Part shown: positions 1 through 9,385 of the stretch, one piece after another
Numbering within the stretch: position 1 is the stretch's first letter
Layout of the letters: each line of letters begins with the position of its first letter
Position numbers and translations under genes: made by a program
The notes under the pieces: model-generated
Told to the model about the DNA's origin: nothing
The model's input: the letters and a program-made list of their open reading frames with translations, nothing else
Database searches by the model: none
From: Patescibacteria group bacterium
Lineage (GTDB): Bacteria; Patescibacteriota; Patescibacteriia; UBA2591; JAQUPP01
Length of the DNA stretch: 64,000 nucleotides
Direction: 5' to 3'
Assembly: GCA_028717225.1 (NCBI GenBank)
Contig: JAQUOF010000002.1
Coordinates: 19,249 to 83,248, forward strand

Positions 1-2301
1 GAACCTCTTGCTCCGGAGTTAACCATGGAAATAACCGTATTTGTATAAGATAAAGATTTCTTGCAAAGATCAACGATAACATCTTTAGCGCTTAACCAAA
101 CAGCAACGCTTTTTTGATACCGTTCTTCTTCAGTTAAAAGACCCATGTTGAATTGTTCCTGGACTTCATCCACTTTTTTCTCCGCTTCTTTAATAATTTT
201 ATCTTTTCCTTCAAGAGTCGGCAAATCATCCATTCCCCAAGAAAGACCGGATGTGGTTAAATAAGAAAAAGTAGTTTCTTTTATTTTATCAAGCATTGTA
301 ACAGTTGTTTCTTCGTCGTAAATTTCCAAACAATCTTCAATGATTTGTTTTAATTTATTTTTATCCACCACTTTATCCATTTTATAAAGTCCTACCGGCA
401 AAATGGAATTAAAAATCAATCTTCCAACGCTGGTTTCCAATATTTTTATATCTTTATTATTAGAAGGATCAAGTACTCTTGCTTTGATAATCTGGCGCAA
501 ACTGACCTTACCCAATTTATAAGCCAATTCCGCTTCATTTTGAGAAGAGAAAAATTTCATTTCTTGTTTTTCTTTTTTCTCCAAGGTTGTCATCCAATAA
601 GCTCCCCAGACCATATCTTTGGCCGGAATAATAATCGGTTCTCCGGTCGCGGGTTTTAAAAGATTTTTAGATGATAATAAAATTTCTTTGGCTTCCCGGC
701 GCGCTTCCTCGGTAATAGGAATATGAACAGCCATTTGATCTCCGTCAAAGTCAGCGTTAAAAGCGGCGCAAACCAAAGGATGAATTTGAATCGCCTTTCC
801 TTCTATTAAAACCGGCTGAAAAGCTTGAACGCCCAAACGATGCAAAGTTGGCGCGCGATTCAATAATACGTAAGCGGTTTGAATAATTGTTTCCAAAATA
901 GCCCAAACATCTTCCGTCCCCTGTTCTATCAAGCGATTGGCGCTGCGAACATTGTGAACCAATCCTTTTTTAATAAGTTCGCAGGCAATAAACGGTTTAA
1001 AAAGTTCAATGGCCATTGTTTTTGGCAAACCGCATTGATAAAGTTTCAATTTAGGACCGACGACGATAACTGAACGTCCGGAATAATCAACTCTTTTACC
1101 CAAAAGATTTTGGCGGAACCTTCCTTGCTTGCCTTTTAAAATATCAGCTAAAGATTTTAATGGTCTTTGCTGACCGGTGGAAGCAATCACTGTTTTTCCG
1201 CTTCGCATATCATTATCCATCAAAGAATCAACCGCTTCTTGAAGCATTCTTTTTTCATTTCTTAAAATTACTTCCGGCGCATTAAGTTCATGCAAACGTT
1301 TTAATCTGTTATTGCGATTAATAACTCTTCTGTACAAATCATTCAAATCGGAAGAAGCGAACCTGCCTCCATCAAGCTGAACGAGCGGACGCAAATCAGG
1401 CGGAATAACCGGAATAACGGTTAAAACCATATTTTCCGGTTTGAGTTTATTGTTATGAAAATTTTTGATGTATTTCAATCTTTTAATCAATTTCTGTCTT
1501 TTTAAAAGATTGATTGTATGTTTTATTTCTTTTTCCAAATCTTTAATCAATTTTGCCAAATCAACGCTTTGAAGAAGTTTTGAGATTGCATCAGCGCCAA
1601 TACCAACTTCAAAAAAATGTCCGTATTTCAAAGATAAATCTCGATATTGCGGTTCGGTCAATAAATTCTTAATATGAATACCGTTTATTTCTTTTCTTGT
1701 TTCGTCGTATAAAGCTTTAAGCCGATCTGTCTCTTTATTGAATTCTTCGCCGATCAATTCATTTTTAATTTGTTTCTTTTTATCTTTATATTCTTGCTCT
1801 ATTTCATCAAGGGTGGCTTTTTTTAAATCTTCTTTAACTTCAGTAATGATAAAATTGGCGAAATAAGCCACTTTTTCCAAAGACTGAATGGACATATCCA
1901 AAATTAATCCTATCTTGGAAGGCACGCCGCGCAAAAACCAAATATGAGTTACCGGCACGGTTAATTTTATGTGTCCCATTCTTTCTCTTCTGACGATTGA
2001 TCTGGTCACTTCCACTCCGCATCGATCACAAACAATTCCGCGATAGCGAATTTTTTTATATTTTCCGCAAGAGCATTGCCAATCTTTGGTCGGACCGAAA
2101 ATTCTTTCGCAAAATAAACCGTCTCTTTCCGGTCTCTCAGTTCTATAATTGATAGTCTCAGGTTTTATTACTTCTCCATAAGACCAATTAAGTATTTCTT
2201 CTGGTGAAGCAATTTTCAGTCTGATAGAATCAAAATCTGAATTCTTCCTTAACTTTTCATCCGGCAAAGACAATGTTCTAATTGTTGAAGGAGTAGACAT
2301 A
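1..2301 (-). CDS. rpoC: DNA-directed RNA polymerase beta' subunit (RpoC), N-terminal ~765 aa. The 3' end runs off the window, which is why no complete ORF appears in the track.
   Basis: Manual reverse-strand translation from the ATG at 2301 gives MSTPSTIRTLSLPDEKL... with the RpoC zinc-binding Cys cluster (CSCGKY...CDRCGVEV) and the NADFDGDQMAVH catalytic motif. It sits 27 bp downstream of rpoB. Confidence 0.85.
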
Positions 2302-2328
2302 AAAAATAAAATATAAAATGAAAATTAA

Positions 2329-5300
2329 TTATGATTTTTTATTCGGTTTATTGGGTTCGGTGTTCACGCATTTGCCGTCTTTTAACATTTCCACGCTTAA
2401 TCCCAAACCTCTCAATTCGTTTACCAAAACATTAAAAGATTCCGGTATGTGAACTTCCCTCACCGGTTCGCCTTTGATAATTGATTCATAAGCTTTGGTT
2501 CGGCCGGGTACGTCATCGGATTTAATTGTCAGCATTTCCTGTAAAGAATGAGCCGCCCCATAACCTTCAAGCGCCCAGACTTCCATTTCACCGAATCTCT
2601 GTCCGCCGAATTGAGCTCTTCCTCCAAGCGGCTGTTGTGTAATCAATGAGTAAGGACCGATTGAGCGTTGATGAATTTTATCTTCAACCAAGTGATTTAA
2701 TTTCAACATGTAAATATAACCGACCGTCACCGGTTCTTCAAATTTCAAACCATTGCGGCCGTCATAAAGAGTCATTTTTCCGCTGGCCGGATAACCGGCT
2801 TTGACCAATTCTTCCTTGATTGTTTTTTCATTAATGCCGTTAAAGGCCGGGGTAGCCACTTTATAACCTAATTTTTGAGCAGCAAAGCCCATATGTGTTT
2901 CTAAAATTTGTCCCAGATTCATTCTGGAAACTACACCAAGCGGATTTAAAATAATATCAACCGGTGTGCCGTCTTCCAAATACGGCATATTTTCTTCAGG
3001 GACAATTCTGGAAATTACACCTTTGTTTCCGTGTCTGCCGGCCATTTTATCTCCTACCTGCGCTTTTCTTAAATCAGCAACCAAAACTTTAATTGATTTG
3101 ACTACGCCTGGCGGAAGCTTGTCTCCTGCCTCGCGCGAAAATATTTTAATACTGATTACTTTTCCATGCTCGCCATGTTCAAGATAAAGAGAAGTATCGC
3201 GGACATCGCGGGCTTTCTCTCCAAAGATAGCGCGTAAAAGTTTTTCTTCAGCCGATAATTCCATTTCGCCTTTTGGCGTAATTTTACCGACCAAAATATC
3301 TCCTGATTTAACTTCGGCTCCGATTCTGACAATGCCTTCGTCATCAAGATTTTTTAATTTTTCTTCACTGACATTCGGTATGTCGCGGGTAATAACTTCC
3401 GGACCGAATTTTGTTTCGCGAACGTCAATAATATGTTCATCAATATAAATTGAACTGAATTTATCTTGCTGGACCAATTTTGAAGATAATAAAATAGCAT
3501 CTTCATAATTGCCTCCTTCCCAAGACATAAAGGCCACTAAAATATTATGACCCAGTGCCAATTCCCCGTCTTCCATTGCCGAGCCTTCCACTAAAATATC
3601 ACCCGGTTCAACTTCTTGTCCTTTCTCAACCACCGGTTTTTGATTAATACAAGTATCAAAATTTGAACGATCGTATTTTATTAAATTATAAACTTTTGTT
3701 TTTCCATTTTTTGTTGAAATTTTAACATGATTGCCGTCAACTTCAGTTACTTTGCCTGACATATCAGCTTGTATTAAGTAACCAGAATCTTTGGCAATAT
3801 TGGCTTCAATACCGGTTCCGACAAGCGGAGCTTCCGGTCTGATTAAAGGAACAGCCTGACGTTGCATGTTTGTACCCATTAAAGCTCTGACACCATCATC
3901 GTGTTCCAAAAAAGGAATCAATGAAGTGCCAACGCTGACAATTTGGTTTGGCGCCACATCAATAAATTCCACTTTTTCTTTTGAACTGAAACCCGGGCGG
4001 CCGTTAACCCTTGCTTCCACTTTTTGTTCAACGATTCTTCCATTTTCATCAAACTTTGTGGAAAATGGAGCCGTAGTATGTCGATCTTCATCTAAAGAAT
4101 TCAAATAAACAATTTGATTGGTTAAAATTCCGTTTGTCACTTTGCGATAAGGTGTTTCAATAAATCCATATTCATCAAGTCTTGCATAACAAGCCAAGTG
4201 TCCGACCAAACCGACGTTTGGTCCTTCCGGCGTGGCAATTGGACAAATTTTTCCATAAAAAGTTCGATGCACATCGCGCACTTCAAAACCGGCTCTGTCT
4301 CGGCTTAAACCGCCGGGACCGGCCACAGTTAATCTGCGCTTATGCTCCAATTCAGAAAGCGGATTTGTCTGATCCATAAATTGAGACAACTGACTGGACA
4401 TAAAAAATTCACGAATTACTCCGCTGATCGGTCTGACATTAATCAATTGTCCGGGCAATAAATTCTTGCCTTCCAAGGTGCTCATTCTGTCTCTGACAAT
4501 GCGCTGAAGCCTTAATAAGCCCACTCTGATTCTGTTTTGAACCAATTCGCCTACAGCCCTGATTCTTCTATTTGCCAAATGATCAATATCGTCAGCAACC
4601 AATTGATGATAATCCAATTTAATCAATTCTTTAAGAATTATCACTAAATCCTCAACTCTAACAACGCGAGAGTCAACTTTGTCGGAAAAATTAAATCTTT
4701 CATTTATTTTAAAACGTCCGACTTTGCTCAAATCATAACGATGAGGATTAAAAAACATGGCGTGGATCAAACTGCGGGCATTATCCACAGTGGCCAAATC
4801 TCCAGGTCTGATTTTTCGATAAACTTCAATTAATCCCTCATCTTCAGAAGACGACGGATCTTTTTCTATGGTTGCTCTGATATAATCAAGATAAGGAATT
4901 TCTTTTTTTACTTCTTCTTTTGTTTTAGGTAAATTTTTCGGCGTGAATAAATCTAAAATTTCCTGATCTGAACCGACGCCGAAAACTCTCAACAGAGAAG
5001 AAACCGGAGTTTTTCTCTGACGGTCAATTCTGACATAAATAATTTTATGAGGATCAATTTCAAATTCAAGCCAAGCTCCTCTTTCGGGAATAATTTTTGT
5101 TTTATAAGAAAATCGCCCCTTGACTAATTCCGTGTCAAAAAACACGCCGGGCGATCTGATTAATTGCTTAACAATGACTCTTTCAATTCCGTTAATAATA
5201 AAAGTGCCCCGATCGGTCATCAGTGGAAGGTCACCAAAATAAACTTCTTGGTCTACCCTTTTTCCGGTTAACCTGCTGGTTAACCGCACTTTGACTTTAA

Positions 5301-5553
5301 GCGGCACTTCGTAATTCAAATTTCTATTTTTAGAAGTAACTTCGTCGAATTTCGGTTCGCCGATTTTATAATCCAAAAATTTCAATTCAAAATTTTTACT
5401 GACAAAATCTTCAATAGGTGAAAATTCTTGCAATAATTCTTTAATTCCTTTATCCAAAAACCATTTATAAGAATCTTTCTGTATTTTAATTAAATCCGGC
5501 AAGCCTATACTAAAACGAGATGTTGAAAAATATTTTCTAAGAGTACGAGGCAT
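2329..5553 (-). CDS. rpoB: DNA-directed RNA polymerase beta subunit (RpoB), 1074 aa, compact form
   Basis: Full-length ORF. The N-terminus (LPDLIKIQKDSYKWFL) and the central and C-terminal regions are RpoB-like along their whole length. It lies immediately upstream of rpoC. Confidence 0.95.
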   Translation of the reverse strand: MPRTLRKYFSTSRFSIGLPDLIKIQKDSYKWFLDKGIKELLQEFSPIEDFVSKNFELKFLDYKIGEPKFDEVTSKNRNLNYEVPLKVKVRLTSRLTGKRVDQEVYFGDLPLMTDRGTFIINGIERVIVKQLIRSPGVFFDTELVKGRFSYKTKIIPERGAWLEFEIDPHKIIYVRIDRQRKTPVSSLLRVFGVGSDQEILDLFTPKNLPKTKEEVKKEIPYLDYIRATIEKDPSSSEDEGLIEVYRKIRPGDLATVDNARSLIHAMFFNPHRYDLSKVGRFKINERFNFSDKVDSRVVRVEDLVIILKELIKLDYHQLVADDIDHLANRRIRAVGELVQNRIRVGLLRLQRIVRDRMSTLEGKNLLPGQLINVRPISGVIREFFMSSQLSQFMDQTNPLSELEHKRRLTVAGPGGLSRDRAGFEVRDVHRTFYGKICPIATPEGPNVGLVGHLACYARLDEYGFIETPYRKVTNGILTNQIVYLNSLDEDRHTTAPFSTKFDENGRIVEQKVEARVNGRPGFSSKEKVEFIDVAPNQIVSVGTSLIPFLEHDDGVRALMGTNMQRQAVPLIRPEAPLVGTGIEANIAKDSGYLIQADMSGKVTEVDGNHVKISTKNGKTKVYNLIKYDRSNFDTCINQKPVVEKGQEVEPGDILVEGSAMEDGELALGHNILVAFMSWEGGNYEDAILLSSKLVQQDKFSSIYIDEHIIDVRETKFGPEVITRDIPNVSEEKLKNLDDEGIVRIGAEVKSGDILVGKITPKGEMELSAEEKLLRAIFGEKARDVRDTSLYLEHGEHGKVISIKIFSREAGDKLPPGVVKSIKVLVADLRKAQVGDKMAGRHGNKGVISRIVPEENMPYLEDGTPVDIILNPLGVVSRMNLGQILETHMGFAAQKLGYKVATPAFNGINEKTIKEELVKAGYPASGKMTLYDGRNGLKFEEPVTVGYIYMLKLNHLVEDKIHQRSIGPYSLITQQPLGGRAQFGGQRFGEMEVWALEGYGAAHSLQEMLTIKSDDVPGRTKAYESIIKGEPVREVHIPESFNVLVNELRGLGLSVEMLKDGKCVNTEPNKPNKKS

Positions 5554-5826
5554 ATTAAAATTTAAAATAAAAAATTATTAAATAAAAAAATTGGACACAG
5601 AAAAATTACCTTTCGCCACCATATGGCGTCAGGATCTATTTTTATTCTTGCTAAATTTTAGTTGACCGAATATACAAAATTATTGGTCTATTTATTTTAA
5701 TACTTAATAATGATAACAGATAAGCCATTTTCTGTCAATCTATATTAAAATATTTATGACCCTTCTATTTTGGCTTAAATAAAGGAAAATTTGAGTTTTC
5801 CACAGTTTGTCCTTAATTTTCTAAAA

Positions 5827-7185
5827 CTATATTTTTTTAAATTCTTCTTTTACCACCTCTTTATCATCCCAAAAAATCTTGGTATTATTTAAACCCATAA
5901 TGCATTGTTCGCACCCCTTGCCTGTTATCACCACCACATCTTTTTCTTGGGCCAAACTTAAAGCTTTTTTAATCGCCTCTCTCCGATCAATAATTTTAAA
6001 AATTTTATCTTGATTTTTATTTTTAATTCCAAAAAATATTTCATCAATAATTTTTTTCGGATTTTCATTATACGGATCTTCATTGGTAATAATAATGTGG
6101 TCGCAATACTTTTCCGCCAACTCGCCCAATTTAGGTCTTTTCCATTTGTCTCGTCCCCCACCGGCCGCGCCCAAAACGCAAATCAATTTGGAATCACCGA
6201 TTAATGAATTTTTCAGTGTTTTATAAACTTGTTCCAAACTTTCCGGAGTATGCGCGTAATCAACAATCACTTCAAATGGATGAGTAATTATTTTTTCCAT
6301 CCGTCCGGGCATTGAATTAATTTCTTCCAGAGCTTTTTGGCAAATTTCCAAACTCACTCCTTGAGACATGGCAACGCAAATCGCCGCCAACGCGTTATAA
6401 ACATTAAACTCACCGGCTAAATTAATTCTGAATTTGGAATTTAGCCAGCCCGAGGCTGGTCCGCCTTGGGCGGAAATTTGGAATCTGGAATTATTTAAAT
6501 CCAAACAGATATTTTCGGCTTTAATAATTTTTACTCCTTCTAAATTCTTAATTCTATATTCTAGATTCTTAATTGTATAGCCATATTTTTCATCAGCCGA
6601 AAATTTTAGAAAATGTTCAACATTTTCATCATCCAAATTAGCGATAATCACCTTCTTAACCTGCTTGCCATTAATTTTTTTATGTTTTTTTGTTAAATTT
6701 TGAAAAAGCTTTTGTTTTGCCTGGCGATATTTATCAAACCCGCCATGAGATTCAATGTGTTCCGGGCTGAGATTGGTAAAAACCGCCACATCATAATTAA
6801 TCCCCAGATGACGGCTTTGGATAATCCCTTCTGAAGAAGTCTCAATAATCGCGTATTTAGAGCCGGCTGCGAGCATCTGTTTAAGCATCTTTTGAAGAGT
6901 AAAACGGCCGAGCATGGTCATTTTTGTCTTATTAATCCACTCTTTTGAGCCGACTTTAAAATTGAAAGTTGTCGCCCAACCGCATTGATAACCGGCTTTT
7001 TCCAAAATCCGACCGACCAAATTGACTACGGTTGATTTGCCGGCCGTGCCGGTTATGCCGATAACAATCATTTTTTGGCTCGGTTGATTATAAAAAAAAG
7101 CAGCCAATAAAGCTAAAGACTGATAATAAAAATCAAATATTTTTTTGGGAATAATTTTTTTAAGAATTGATTTTAACATAATCAC
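5827..7185 (-). CDS. Mur ligase family protein, MurE-like in its central and C-terminal domains but lacking the ~80-90 aa N-terminal UDP-MurNAc-binding domain
   Basis: P-loop [10 protein letters not shown] sits at residue ~45. [25 protein letters not shown] aligns to the E. coli MurE segment [45 protein letters not shown] and [13 protein letters not shown] are MurE-like. Only a 14-bp gap separates it from the upstream radical-SAM gene, leaving no room for an N-domain. Confidence 0.6.
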   Translation of the reverse strand: [452 protein letters not shown]

Positions 7186-7199
7186 TCTTAAATATAATA

Positions 7200-8291
7200 T
7201 TATTTTTTATTTAAATATTCTATGTGACAAAATTTCGGCTGTTTTTTCTCAAAATCCCAAAGATGCACGGACCCGCCAAGACACTCTTCCCAATGTTGGC
7301 ATTGACTGCACTTATTACAATAAAGCCGATTTTTATTGCGGAAAAAATCATATTTATTATTCCATACTTCTGAAAAATTATCAACTTTAACATTACCCTG
7401 TATTAATTCCGGTTGTCGTGGAACATTTGGACAAACAAAAATATCGCCATTATATAAAATACTGGCAACAGTGATTCCGGTGCCGCAGAAAAAATATTCA
7501 TCACGCACTTCTCCTTCAAAGTCCCAACCTAAAAATCCAATACAGCTATATTTTACTTCCACTTTTTTATTCTCGCGGCGTTTTTGTCTGATAAATTCTA
7601 ATAATTCTTTCAATTGTTTGGGAGTTAAAAGAATTTTTTCATTATTTTCGGCGCGGCCTATCGGATCAATATTCATTAATCGCCAAGAACTAATACCAAG
7701 CGGTAAAAAAGTTTTATACATCTCTTCTAATTGGGAAAAATTACCCTGATGAACAGAAGTGGTTATTTGCAAATCTTTCAGGAAATTCGCTTGCGCCATT
7801 AATTTAACGGCATTTATTGCCTTCTCATAAGCACCCGGCATATGCCGAAAATTATCATGAACTGAATCCAAGCCGTCAATACTGACAACAACCGTGGACA
7901 TACCGGATTTTTTCATTTTTTCTACTGTATCTTCGTTAACCAAATAACCATTGGTAACCATACCCCACTGAAAACCCAATGAGTGCGCATATTCCATAAC
8001 TTCAAAAAGATCCGATCTTAAAAGAGGCTCACCGCCGGTAATTGCCAGCATAATTTTTTTTGAATCAAAATTATGAGCAATCTCTTTAAATGTTTTTTTT
8101 ATTTCCTCCGTAGAAAGTTGATTGGCGGAATAATCATTACGCCCTGCCCTGCTGCCGCAGTGGTCGCAAAAAAAATTACAATTTAAAGTGCATTCCCAAA
8201 ACAAATAATAGAGAGGATGCTCTCCTCTCAATTTTTCTCTATAGTAAGATAATAATTTAAATTTTCCCGCTTTGAGAATTTTTTTGAGCAT
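7200..8291 (-). CDS. Radical SAM enzyme with C-terminal SPASM domain (peptide-modifying maturase type)
   Basis: CX3CX2C cluster (CNFFCDHC) near the N-terminus. GGEPLL motif. C-terminal Cys-rich SPASM region (CPNVPRQPE...CNKCSQCQHWEECLGG). Its start overlaps the last 35 nt of the upstream small peptide gene. Confidence 0.8.
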   Translation of the reverse strand: MLKKILKAGKFKLLSYYREKLRGEHPLYYLFWECTLNCNFFCDHCGSRAGRNDYSANQLSTEEIKKTFKEIAHNFDSKKIMLAITGGEPLLRSDLFEVMEYAHSLGFQWGMVTNGYLVNEDTVEKMKKSGMSTVVVSIDGLDSVHDNFRHMPGAYEKAINAVKLMAQANFLKDLQITTSVHQGNFSQLEEMYKTFLPLGISSWRLMNIDPIGRAENNEKILLTPKQLKELLEFIRQKRRENKKVEVKYSCIGFLGWDFEGEVRDEYFFCGTGITVASILYNGDIFVCPNVPRQPELIQGNVKVDNFSEVWNNKYDFFRNKNRLYCNKCSQCQHWEECLGGSVHLWDFEKKQPKFCHIEYLNKK

Positions 8292-8532
8292 TTAATTTCT
8301 TTTTATTTCTTCGCCAACGTTTGATAAGGAAGATTATGCCAATAATAAAAATTATTGGTAAGAATAAGATTTTAGATAAACGAAAAAATGTTATCTTTGC
8401 AATGACAGGATCAGAATATTGCATTGGACCATAAAGCTCTTGCGCCGTAACCTTTTGAGTTAAAAGAAAAAGAGTCGAGCCAATACCGGCGAAATAGGTT
8501 ATAAATTTTATGTTTTTATTAAATTTTTTCAT
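8257..8532 (-). CDS. Small secreted/membrane-anchored peptide, paralog 1 (91 aa): signal peptide, variable core, C-terminal TM plus basic tail
   Basis: MKKFNKNIKFITYF...AxA signal peptide. C-terminal LPIIFIIGIIFLIKRWRRNKKKLNAQKNSQ. It is one of three tandem paralogs with near-identical DNA at both ends and a divergent middle. Confidence 0.55.
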   Translation of the reverse strand: MKKFNKNIKFITYFAGIGSTLFLLTQKVTAQELYGPMQYSDPVIAKITFFRLSKILFLPIIFIIGIIFLIKRWRRNKKKLNAQKNSQSGKI

Positions 8533-8843
8533 ATCTTTCCATTTTGAGAATTTTTTTGAGCATTTAATTTCTTTTTATTTCTTCGCCAACGTTTGATAAG
8601 GAAGATTATGCCAATAATAAAAATTATTGGGAGAAATATTCCTTTCCATAAAGCCCACCATATATCCCCTGCATTCCTAGCCCCTATGTCTGGACCATAA
8701 GCATATTGTGTAGCTTGACGGAAATTACTCAGGTCTGGATTAAGTTCTGTTGCTGCCATGGCTTTTTGAACTAAAAGAAAAAGAGTCGAGCCGATACTGG
8801 CAAGATAGGTTATAAATTTTATGTTTTTATTAAATTTTTTCAT
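8529..8843 (-). CDS. Small secreted/membrane-anchored peptide, paralog 2 (104 aa)
   Basis: Same N- and C-terminal modules as paralog 1. The variable core is TELNPDLSNFRQATQYAYGPDIGARNAGDIWWALWKG. It overlaps its neighbours by 4 nt. Confidence 0.55.
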   Translation of the reverse strand: MKKFNKNIKFITYLASIGSTLFLLVQKAMAATELNPDLSNFRQATQYAYGPDIGARNAGDIWWALWKGIFLPIIFIIGIIFLIKRWRRNKKKLNAQKNSQNGKI

Positions 8844-9157
8844 ATCTTTCCATTTTGAGAATTTTTTTGAGCATTTAATTTCTTTTTATTTCTTCGCAAA
8901 TGTTTGATAAAAAAAATTATTCCAATAATAAAAATTATTGGGAAAAATAAAAATTTTAATAGGAGAAGATATTCCCCACTTGTAGTATTAGGATTGGGGC
9001 CAAAAGTAGATGGTGCTGGACCGTAAGCAGCTTGTCTAAAATTCCCAAGTTCATTATTCATTTCTTGTGCCATGACTTTTTGGGCTAAAAGAAAAAGAAT
9101 TGAGCCAATACTGATAAAATAGGTTATAAATTTTATGTTTTTATTAAATTTTTTCAT
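8840..9157 (-). CDS. Small secreted/membrane-anchored peptide, paralog 3 (105 aa)
   Basis: Same flanking modules. The variable core is EMNNELGNFRQAAYGPAPSTFGPNPNTTSGEYLLLLKF. Confidence 0.55.
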   Translation of the reverse strand: MKKFNKNIKFITYFISIGSILFLLAQKVMAQEMNNELGNFRQAAYGPAPSTFGPNPNTTSGEYLLLLKFLFFPIIFIIGIIFFIKHLRRNKKKLNAQKNSQNGKI

Positions 9158-9256
9158 AAAATATATATTCAGTATACAATAAATGATAAAAAATTACAAA
9201 CTTTTTTATCCACTATCTTTATCCTGTTCTTTCAAGTGCCCTCAGCAGGAATTTCA

Positions 9257-9357
9257 CCCCCACACCAATCCCCTCGACAGGAATCGAACCCGTATCTTAA
9301 GCTCCGGAAGCTTATGTTCTATCCGTTGAACTACAAGGGGGACGATTGGTGTGGGGG
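9257..9357. repeat. 14-bp perfect inverted repeat bracketing the tRNA-Arg gene: cccccacaccaatc at 9257-9270 and gattggtgtggggg at 9344-9357
   Basis: Read directly from the sequence. In the precursor RNA, the leader and trailer would form a 12-14 bp helix that extends the acceptor stem. Confidence 0.7.
9269..9340 (-). tRNA. tRNA-Arg (anticodon CCG), 72 nt, CCA not encoded
   Basis: Hand-folded cloverleaf: acceptor CCCCTTG/CGAGGGG, D-stem GTTC/GAAC, anticodon stem TAAGC/GCTTA with loop TTCCGGA, T-arm ACGGG-TTCGATT-CCTGT. The GGAATCGAACC hallmark is on the plus strand. Confidence 0.8.
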
Positions 9358-9385
9358 CGTGCCTGCATTTCGGCAATATACTAAA

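Larger units (their letters stand above)
8257..9157 (-). repeat. Tandem direct repeat of ~311-314 bp x3. Each unit is one small-peptide gene plus a copy of the radical-SAM start region.
   Basis: Start codons at 9157, 8843 and 8532 give periods of 314 and 311 bp. The junction sequence catatctttccattttgagaatttttttgagcatttaatttctttttatttcttcgccaacgtttgataagg recurs, and the relic MLKKILK start is copied in each unit. Confidence 0.8.

Noticed and set aside
879-2022. Two short ORFs (879-1073 + and 1840-2022 -) are the only ORF-track entries in the first 2.3 kb.
   Set aside because: Both lie inside the rpoC coding region. Reverse-strand translation from 2301 downward gives continuous RpoC sequence. 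rpoC is missing from the track only because its stop lies outside the window.
2966-5553. Several plus-strand ORFs (2966-3187, 3866-4108, 4182-4379) and a minus-strand one (3156-3347) inside rpoB.
   Set aside because: They are antisense or frame-shifted shadow ORFs within a well-supported essential gene. None has an independent signal.
9269-9340. Assigning the first tRNA to proline because of its C1:G72 acceptor pair.
   Set aside because: The 7-nt anticodon loop TTCCGGA places CCG at positions 34-36, which is Arg. The C1:G72 pair is noted but is not decisive.
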